In this document: positions 39,112 through 49,730 of the stretch, one piece after another | Layout: each line of letters begins with the position of its first letter | Position numbering within the stretch: position 1 is the stretch's first letter | From: Octopus bimaculoides | Taxonomy: Eukaryota | Length of the DNA stretch: 64,000 nt | Direction: 5' to 3' | Assembly: GCF_001194135.2 (NCBI RefSeq) | Contig: NC_068995.1 | Location: 35,727,235 to 35,791,234, forward strand | The notes under the pieces: generated by a model | Told to the model about the DNA's origin: nothing | The model's input: only the letters and a program-made list of their open reading frames with translations | Database searches by the model: none | Position numbers and translations under genes: made by a program

Positions 39112-42100
39112 TAGGGTTCTCAAAACCTGAAAGAAAAAGGCTGATTAGAAGACTACAGATTCAAGCCATCAATGGAACTGTAAAGATATGTAAAACTTTC
39201 CAAAAATTTAGCACATAAATACATATGCATGCATCTAGACATAAAAACGCATCCATAAAACAAACATACAAATCTGCGCATACACTAACACCAAATACTG
39301 CACACACACACACATATGCACAAATACCTAGATGATGTTGATAAAAGTTCCAATGAAGGAGCCTTGAATCTATGTTAGAGTCCGGCTCTTTCTCTATGGA
39401 CAAGAAATACAGAAATGAAACTGATTGATAACATACATACATGTCTAGACATGCAACTGTATGCATGACAATACATACATAAAACACTCCAAATATTGCA
39501 GATATACACGCATACATGCAAAAATACCTAGTTGATGTTGTTAAAATTCCAATAAGGAGTCTTGGATCTAGGTTAGAAATCGGCTCTTTCTCTATTGGCA
39601 AGAAATCTTGAAACAAAACTGAATAATGACATATATACGCATGTGCATGCTCACACACGTACGCACGCATGCATACACACACACACACACACACACATAC
39701 ATACATACATACACACACACATGGTCAAAAGTCAACTCGTGACTGAGTACGACCACTTCCTAAACTCAGTAAGTCCGTACAAACGCTTCGAGAGTTCACG
39801 AAGTTGTTGTGCATGAATTTGCTTTGAGTAGATAAAGTGTTACACAAAAATGTTGCGTCCCCGTAACTTAGAGGTTCTGCAAAAAGTGATCGATAGAATA
39901 AGTACCAGGCTTACAAAGAAAATAAGACAAGAAAATAGTAAAATTATTATACGTGTTCTAATCCCCAAATCATCAAATGGATAAGATTTAAAGTTCCTGT
40001 GAATGACATTTGGATCCAAGTGATGGATCATTTAAGAGTTGTTCATGATTATTCAAAGTAGTGATTAATATATTGAACTTAAATATCTTACACGGCATGC
40101 CCATCAAACAAATATAGTTTTGCTTTTTGTTTTTTCGTTTTTTAATTATTATTGCTCTAATTTTTTTCTTTCAAGAAAATATATTAACCCTTTTTTTTTT
40201 CTTTTAGACCTAACGACTTTGGAGACGCCTGTCATAAGCTCAATAGGTTCAAATGCTCATAATTTAACTACTACAGAAATTCAGGCCCAAAATTTCGTCA
40301 CAGTAAATCAAACGGAAAAAGATGTACATGTAGAAAGTGCAACTAGATTTAATGTAACAACAGACTTGCCCAACAGCTCCGTTACAAATATCTTAGTCAC
40401 TAAAACAAAGAAAGGAAGACGTAATGCCACTGTGACTGCAGTGAAAACCACCACAGAAGACGAAGATTCAGCACTTAGAAGCTTCGGCAGTGGAGAAGAA
40501 AAGGAAACGGGTAATTATTGAATATTTCAATATTTATTGATCGATTAAGGCGGCGAAATGTTTAGCGGTATTTCGTCTGCCGTTACGTTCTGAGTTCAAA
40601 TTCCGCCGAGGTCGATAAATTAAGTACCAGTTACGCACTTGGGTCGATGTAACCGACTTAATCCCTTTGTCTGTCCTTGTTTGTCCCCTCTATGTTTAGC
40701 CCCTTGTGGGTAATAGGGAAATAAGAAACGTTAGCACGCTGGGTGAAATGCTTAGCGGTATTTCGTCTGTCTTTACGTTCTGAGTTCAAATTCCGCCGAA
40801 GTCGACTTCGCCTTTCATCCTTTCGGGGTCAATAAATTGAGTACCAGTTGCGTACTGGGGTCGATCTAATCGACTGNNNNNNNNNNNNNNNNNNNNNNNN
40901 NNNNNNNNNNNNNNNNNNNNNNNNNNNNNNNNNNNNNNNNNNNNNNNNNNNNNNNNNNNNNNNNNNNNNNNNNNNNNNNNNNNNNNNNNNNNNNNNNNCG
41001 GCGAAATGTTTAGCGGTATTTCGTCTGCCGTTACGTTCTGAGTTCAAATTCCGCCGAGGTCGATAAATTAAGTACCAGTTACGCACTTGGGTCGATGTAA
41101 CCGACTTAATCCCTTTGTCTGTCCTTGTTTGTCCCCTCTATGTTTAGCCCCTTGTGGGTAATAGGGAAATAAGAAACGTTAGCACGCTGGGTGAAATGCT
41201 TAGCGGTATTTCGTCTGTCTTTACGTTCTGAGTTCAAATTCCGCCGAAGTCGACTTCGCCTTTCATCCTTTCGGGGTCAATAAATTGAGTACCAGTTGCG
41301 TACTGGGGTCGATCTAATCGACTGACCCCGTCCCCAAAAATTTTGGGCCTTGTGCCTAGAGTAGAAAACAATATTTATTGATCGATTAAGGCGGCGAGCT
41401 GACAGAAACGTTAGCACGCCAGGCGAAATGCTTAGCCATATTTCGTCTGTCTTTACGTTCTGAGTTCAAATTCCGCTCAGGTCGACTTTGCGTTTCATCC
41501 TTTCGGGGTCGATTAAATAAGTACCAGTTACGCACTGGGGCCGATGTAATCGACTTAATTCCTCTGTCTGTCCTTGTTTGTCCCCTTTATGTTTATCCCC
41601 CTTGTGAGCAATAAAGAAAGAAAGAAATATTTATTGATCGATTGTGTTTCATAATTTTTCATCCATATGCTTGTGTCTCTCGGTTATTTATGCAACCTGG
41701 CAACCTAGTTTCAAACAAACTTAGTCATGGTTACACAAAAAGTGATGGTTACACAAAAAAGTGATGGTCAAACAAAAAGTGATGATTACAAACACGACTC
41801 ACGTCACAGAAAATCACCAAAGACTACTGGCTCGGTACCATTAATCTGATTTGCTCTGTGCCTTATTGATTTTCAACTCTATTTCTTTTATCTCCCTAAA
41901 TGTATATAAAATACTGTCTGAATCTGACTCTGACCTTAATATATACAAATTATCATGGCAAAATTAAAACTTGTCAATAATTTATAGTGGCTGGGTCTCC
42001 AAATCGTATGAATACGAGGGGTACCCAAAAGAAACTGAAATTTTGCAATACTTTTTTTATTCACTTACTTTTATGTCTACACTTTTACCGCCTTCAAAGT

Positions 42101-45100
42101 ATTCTCTATTTGAAGCAATGGCTTCGGTTCAGATGCGTTTACCACTGTTCGAAACAGCCCTGGAAATCTTGCCTTTTAACACCTCCGTCGTTTTCTTCTT
42201 CACCTCTTCCATATCTGCTAATTCCGTAGCACCAGCTTTCATCACCAGTGATGACGGTCCTCCAAGATCAGTTCATGAATTTTTGTGATGTTTTCATGGC
42301 AGCGTCTTTGTAAGCTGTTTGAAGCATGACAACTATTTCGGTCGCCGTTTGCCCCAGCAGAAAGTAAAATTTCACGGAAGCACGCTGTTCGTTCGTTTCA
42401 GCCATCGCAAAAATCGACTAACAAAAGAGAAGCACTGCCAAATAAATACGCACCACGTGGCAGTACGACATCACACGACGACGCCGGTCGGTAGACTGAT
42501 GCCTGAGGGTGGCGTTAAGTGGTGTCTAGCGGCGGAACCCTGAACGACAACAGACTTGTGCCACAGAGAACGTTTTCGGTTACTTTTGGGTGCTTCCTCG
42601 TATAGAGCGCCTTTGTTTACCCTCGGTTTCTGTAAAATTAAAGTTGGAGATAAACCTCCCGGATATGATACTGGTCTCTTGAAAGTAATTTTTCGTATGG
42701 GAGAACTGAGCTAAGTGCTTTAAACTACGGAATTCATCAGCACTGTTATAGTTTCCTGCATTGAATTTTACCACCAGGAACGAGAGAGTACGTATGTTGT
42801 CACTTGACCAGCTATAAATAACAACCAATCATTCATTTACGAAAATAATATCTTTGATAATGTAATCTTAAACTCTAAAACATGGGGTAGTCACGTTTGG
42901 AAAGCCTTTGATCTTAGGTTCGGTCAGATTTGACCCGGGCCAAAACAACGACAACAACAACCGAGATACAGACTTAGGTCTAACTGGACTCAAGCGAGCG
43001 TCAGTGACGACACAACAACTCCTCACCTCTTGTCCAGTGGATCGATTCTAGGATATACATACGTCTTGTCCTCTTTAGGACGCTTAGTGTAATATATTAT
43101 AAATTAGAAAATTCAATCCACAGATACAATACTATTTTTTCTTAGGGATTTTACATCTATCAATTATCTATCTATCTATGCCAGCTGACATTGTTTTAGC
43201 CTTCAATTTCAAAATTGATAAACAAAAGTTGTAGCGAAAGTATAGAGCGCTTCAAAAACAAAAACAAAAGAACAAACATAAAGCATAACGATAAAAATAC
43301 TTTTTGAGTTAATTCAAATAACATTGGAAAAAGAAACGAACCAATTTATCTGAGAACTTAGTATATATATAAATAAATAAATATATATATANNNNNNNNN
43401 NNNNNNNNNNNNNNNNNNNNNNNNNNNNNNNNNNNNNNNNNNNNNNNNNNNNNNNNNNNNNNNNNNNNNNNNNNNNNNNNNNNNNNNNNNNNNNNNNNNN
43501 NNNNNNNNNNNNNNNNNNNNNNNNNNNNNNNNNNNNNNNNNNNNNNNNNNNNNNNNNNNNNNNNNNNNNNNNNNNNNNNNNNNNNNNNNNNNNNNNNNNN
43601 NNNNNNNNNNNNNNNNNNNNNNNNNNNNNNNNNNNNNNNNNNNNNNNNNNNNNNNNNNNNNNNNNNNNNNNNNNNNNNNNNNNNNNNNNNNNNNNNNNNN
43701 NNNNNNNNNNNNNNNNNNNNNNNNNNNNNNNNNNNNNNNNNNNNNNNNNNNNNNNNNNNNNNNNNNNNNNNNNNNNNNNNNNNNNNNNNNNNNNNNNNNN
43801 NNNNNNNNNNNNNNNNNNNNNNNNNNNNNNNNNNNNNNNNNNNNNNNNNNNNNNNNNNNNNNNNNNNNNNNNNNNNNNNNNNNNNNNNNNNNNNNNNNNN
43901 NNNNNNNNNNNNNNNNNNNNNNNNNNNNNNNNNNNNNNNNNNNNNNNNNNNNNNNNNNNNNNNNNNNNNNNNNNNNNNNNNNNNNNNNNNNNNNNNNNNN
44001 NNNNNNNNNNNNNNNNNNNNNNNNNNNNNNNNNNNNNNNNNNNNNNNNNNNNNNNNNNNNNNNNNNNNNNNNNNNNNNNNNNNNNNNNNNNNNNNNNNNN
44101 NNNNNNNNNNNNNNNATATATATATATATATATATAATTTCAACCACTACAAAGTACTTTTTTAAATGTTAAAAGAGAATTCCATTTTTTACAGCCTGGA
44201 AAGAGAAATATTCCATACCCAATTCGACAGTTTCACCTGCTGCTTCCCATAGAACGAGTATAACACCAGTTATAACGGCTTTCGAGAAGACAGTAACGCC
44301 AAATCAAACAATTACGGTAACAGAAAAAGTTTTGTGAATGTCTTATAGTAAATATGCAAGCGTCTGAACAATGTTTACTGCGAACCTTTTTCTTTTATTG
44401 TCTTACAGTTGTACCTACACATATGTAGAGAAGGTTAGAATCACGTCGGTGTCACCAAATGTAACAAGTTATGTTACGATTAAATTGTTCAAACTCGTCG
44501 TAATATGTGTAAACATCTAAAGTTGATCTTTTTAGATATTTCCCTGGATCTGAACTCTTCTTATAAACCTTACCAAATCCCAACGAGAAATTTTCCTATA
44601 TACATAAACGGTCTTGTCACCCACTGTAGTATTTAAAAACCCGATAGCTAACATTAGTACCAGAGTTTCTAATTTCATTTTCTCTAAAGAAATTTTCGAG
44701 AAGGCAGCCTCCTACTACAACAATGCTCTAGCCAATAATATCTTTAAGGATAAATTAATATATAAACCCTCTAATGTTAATCGGAATAATAATAATAATA
44801 ATAATAAAATACTGGGCTAAACTAAATGCGAAAGAAATAGACAGAGAAAAATCCCAGCAATGGCTGAGAAGCTCAGGACTCAAAGCAGAGACTGAAGGAT
44901 TTTTAATTGCTGCACAAGACCAAAGCCTCCCCACCAGAAATTACCAAAAACACATAATGAAAAGAAATATAACAAGTAACTGTAGAATATGTGGAGATCG
45001 ACAAGAAACAATAAATCATATTATCTCTGGCTGCCCAGTCCTGGCTAAGAAGGAATATATTCACAGACACGACAGAGCTGGGACCTATATACACTGGAAG

Positions 45101-45753
45101 CTATGCCAACATTATGGAATAACAACAGAAAAAAGATGGTATAGACACACGCCAGAAAAGGTCACAGAANNNNNNNNNNNNNNNNNNNNNNNNNNNNNNN
45201 NNNNNNNNNNNNNNNNNNNNNNNNNNNNNNNNNNNNNNNNNNNNNNNNNNNNNNNNNNNNNNNNNNNNNNNNNNNNNNNNNNNNNNNNNNNNNNNNNNNN
45301 NNNNNNNNNNNNNNNNNNNNNNNNNNNNNNNNNNNNNNNNNNNNNNNNNNNNNNNNNNNNNNNNNNNNNNNNNNNNNNNNNNNNNNNNNNNNNNNNNNNN
45401 NNNNNNNNNNNNNNNNNNNNNNNNNNNNNNNNNNNNNNNNNNNNNNNNNNNNNNNNNNNNNNNNNNNNNNNNNNNNNNNNNNNNNNNNNNNNNAAAACAG
45501 AAACAATTCCTATCATAGTAGGTGCCTTAGGTATAATAAAAAAAATATTCAGACAAATACATAACAAAAATAGCAGGACTTACAAATATATATAACATAC
45601 AGAAAATTGCACTACTGGGTACTGCACACATTCTACGCAAAACACTTTCAATACAGTAAACATAAGAGCACCACAGCAAACCACAGCACATACCCAAGGC
45701 GCACAGAGCTGCGCTCGGTAGTGAAGTGAAAGCACGTTATAAAAATAAAACTA

Positions 45754-45808
<55 letters not shown>

Positions 45809-48800
45809 GATCTAAAATAGATCTAGAAAAAATGATTTGGTTCGCCCCTACCTTTTCCCTTAATGTAAGAACTAACATACGTAAAAGATTCCTGTATCTC
45901 CAAAACAAGCGTTTTCCAGAAAATCACAGGTACAGGAAAATATTTAGCTGGCACTCAGTGAAATTATCATGCAGCTGCTGTCCCAATATGAAAAGCATCA
46001 TTACACAAAAACAACACCAAGAGCCCACTTCCAGTTGTAACTGTCGAGACCCAGGAACCTGTTCACTCGACCAGGGATGTATGATTAAATCCATCATATA
46101 TAAAGTAAAAGTTACAGCGATAAGAATAGCTATATCGGACTATCTAAAGGCGAATTCAAAAATCGCTATGTTAATCACATATCTTCCTTCTGACACAGGG
46201 ACAAAAGTAAAGCTACTAAGTTGGCTAGCCATGTATGGGGTTTGAAGTCGAACGCCACACCACATAGGATAAAGTGGAAAACAGTCGAAAAATCCACACC
46301 ATATATATGTTAACGGAACAAAAAATAATGTAAGCTATGCGTAGCTGAAAAAACTCAGAGCCTTTTCAGATCTAAGAACTCTAATACACTGCTGAATTTG
46401 CGATCAAAAATTTTCAGCGGTTGTAAGCATATGGCTAAGTTCCTGTTGACGAATTGGAAAGTACCACCCTCTCTGAATTGAACAATTGTACCACAGACTC
46501 TAAGCCATTATCTTTTCAGTCTTATAATTTACGGTTTAAGGAGTAATAGTTCTAATCCTCTCCTTTTACTTCTTTCTGTTTTCTTTTTCGCTTTCCATTT
46601 TTTCAATTTTCCCCTTTTTATATCTACTTCTTTCTCGCCTTTTCTCGTTTTTTCCTTTATGCTATCGACCCATTTTTAGTTTGTTATGCTATGTGGGCAG
46701 TACCCGAAGCTTGTGCTAGGATACCAGACGTGTTAAAAAATACTGTCATGCTCTCAGTACATGAAACTTATATATATATATATATATACAGTAAAGCCCC
46801 GATATACGAATTAATTTGTTCCCGGATCGTAAAGCGAAAACTCGAAAGCAGAGCGATAATTTTCCATAGTAGCAATGTTATAAATCGTAATTCGTTCCCG
46901 GAAAAATATTTTGCCTATAAAATTTATAATACTCGTAAATAAATGGTAATAAAACAACTGTAGAATGTCAAGAATATTTCATGTAAATTGAAAAAGAATG
47001 GTAAGATCATTTATAATAAAAAATATTATTATTATAAACGTTGCTCTGGGTTCAGTCCCACTGCGTGTCACATTGGGCAAGTGTCTTCTACTATAGTCTG
47101 GGGCTAACCAAAGCCTTGTGAGTGGATTTGGTAGACAGAAACTGAAAAGTTCGTTGTGTGTGTGTGCGTATCGCCTCCAATTGACAACCGGTGTTGGTAT
47201 GTTTACGTTCCTCAAAACTAGCAGTTCGGCAACAGTACCCGATAGAATAGGTACAAAGCTTAGATCTATTTTAAAACGGGGGCCACATTTTTCATTAATG
47301 TTTTACGTAGTGTTTTTGGTACGGAAAGACTTTCAAACTTCGTATACTTATCTATTTTGTGTTATAGAACAGAAAAATATTTTTGTATTCGAATTTATTT
47401 CATGTAAAAAATTGTCTTATTTCGATAATTTCAACCAATCACTGACAAGTATTCAGTTGTTTATATTTACTCCTTTGGCTGATTAAGCGATGTAAAGCGT
47501 ATTTAATCTCCATACCTTCGTTTTATTTGCTTTTTTCATTTTAAATTTGCTTTAACCCTAACCCTAACCCTAACCCTAGGGTTAGAGTTAGGGTTAGGGT
47601 TAGGGTTGATTGCTTCAGAATCGTTTGTTTATGTAGTCGGCACTTAATGTATATCGGCTGAATGGACGTCAGTGATTGGTTGAAATTACAGAAATACGAC
47701 AACTTTAGCATGGAATAACTTATGGATTTCTTTTTTTTTTAAGAAGACTAAGAGAAAAAGATGTTTTATATGACACATTCTACCAGTGTTCCAAGTTTCA
47801 AAGTGTTTCGTTAATGAAAAATGTGGCCCCCGTTTTAAAAAAGATCCCAAAGCTTTTTTTAAAAAGTCGGTTTGTTCGACTAAAATTCTTCAAGGTTGTG
47901 CCCCAGCATGGTCACAGTCTGGCGTCTGAAACAAGTAAAAGAATACACACACACGCACACGCATATAAAATTATTTTCCCATTTGGTTTTCTCTTTTTAT
48001 CCTTAACGTCAATCCGTTCTGTTTCTCTCTCCCCAACAGGCTGAACCATCACAGGACATCTTCCAAGAATATTTGGCTCTGTTTATCATTTTAATGATAA
48101 TTGGGTTTCTTTGTCTTATACTCCTACTATCCAGCTGTATGTACCTCTATTGCCAACGCCATTCGGGCCATTGGGATCGGGCGTTAGCCGAACAGGTGAG
48201 ACAAATTGTTTCCTTTTTATTCTCAGTTTCCCCGACCTTTGAATATGAAAGCATATGTACGTGTGTGTGAAAGAGAGAGAGAGGGGGGAAAGGGAGAGAG
48301 AGGGAGAGAGAGAGAGAGAGGGGGGGAAGAATGTGTGGAGCAATTTTTTGTGTATGAGCGTGTGTGTGAGAGAGAGTTCTTTTTAGTCCCGTGTGTTTAT
48401 GAATTATATATAAAGCCTACATTCTAGACTGTGTAAATGTCTGCGTGTGTGTGTTTATGAGAGAAAGAGTGAGTGAGTGTGAGTGTGAGTGCGTGCGTAT
48501 GTATTCGTGTGTTTGTAGCAAGTGACACCTGACAACTTCCCCCAATGCTAACAACTATTCACAAAATCATTCGATTTATTATTTGCTTCATTACTGACAA
48601 GAGACGTCATCAATGATTTACGAACGAAAACAATGAACGATGTACAGAAACATCGTTTCGTAGTGTCTTTGTTTTGCTTTCAATGTAAACGAACGAATAT
48701 ATTTCCTCTTTTCTTCTCCGTCTACTACTCCTCATTATTATTTTCTATATTATCATCACCCACTTCATCCTCATCTTTCTCACTACTACAACCACAACCA

Positions 48801-49698
48801 CCACTAGGGTCGTGTTGTCGTTGTTTGTACTGTAATGTAGTGACAATATCGAATTCATTTTATAGTTTTTAGTAATAGTTTTATTTACATTTTACTTTAA
48901 TACACTTGAGGAAAATATACGCCTCATCAGCATCACCCACCTTTTCTATGGATCTATATCTCTGGTAGCTTTGTGTTAGTGTAAGAAATAATTGTTATCT
49001 CTTGTTCTTACTTTTGTAGTCAATATTGCCACTAACAACTGGGAAATGAAAACAATATTTCTTTCTTTGGTTTAAAGACTTAAAACAAAAAGCATTCTCG
49101 TGTGCTACTAGATATTAAATGCTGTGCAGATTTCCGTTGTAAAGATGGTTTTTGTTGTCATTTTGTGGTTTCTTGAAGAGGGTGCAAGTATTGAAAGAAT
49201 TGAACAGGTGTTCCAGTTATTATTGCTGTCTTATTTCTCCTCCTGTTACATATTTCTAAGTGCTCTAATCCACTATGAGTGATACCAATTTTTTCCAGTC
49301 TCCTTAAGCAACATTTTGAGCTCTGGGTATAGCAATTATAAAGTATTTGTTTCAATGAAATGCAGCTCTTCCAGCTACAAGTAAGTTCAATGCAATCAAA
49401 GCTATTAGAAGAGCTACATACTATAACAATAACACTGTTTGGCAATGCCAGGTTAAGCATAAACCCACTGGGCAGTGGATTGAGCAATCTTAGGGAACTA
49501 GGGGCCTGGTGCTAAACTATGTATGCTATGGTTGAGTATGCTGGATTCCTAATGCATTACTTTGTCCTGGGGCCTATAATGCTGACAAGGTGAAAGTATT
49601 TATCAGGAGTAAATTGTGAGTACCCCTAGCATGAAAAGATATTAACAATGAAACATTTGGTTCAGTGATGCAAACAGGAAAATAGAACTCAAAACGAG

Positions 49699-49730
<32 letters not shown>

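Noticed and set aside
40529-41643. CRISPR-like or tRNA-gene array
   Set aside because: The units are SINE copies with A/B boxes and no cloverleaf or spacers; the context is eukaryotic.
42930-43070. Thr-rich stretch (DLTRAKTTTTTTEIQT*) resembling a stalk exon
   Set aside because: In-frame stop, poor acceptor and no compatible donor.
635-45595. Long ORFs made mostly of X (e.g. 635..1804, 4207..5179, 14724..15888, 43314..44147)
   Set aside because: They only read through N gaps, which contain no stop codons.
47553-47607. Ancestral telomere-telomere chromosome fusion
   Set aside because: The orientation is (CCCTAA)n then (TTAGGG)n, the reverse of a fusion scar, and it lies within a TIR/TSD-bounded element.
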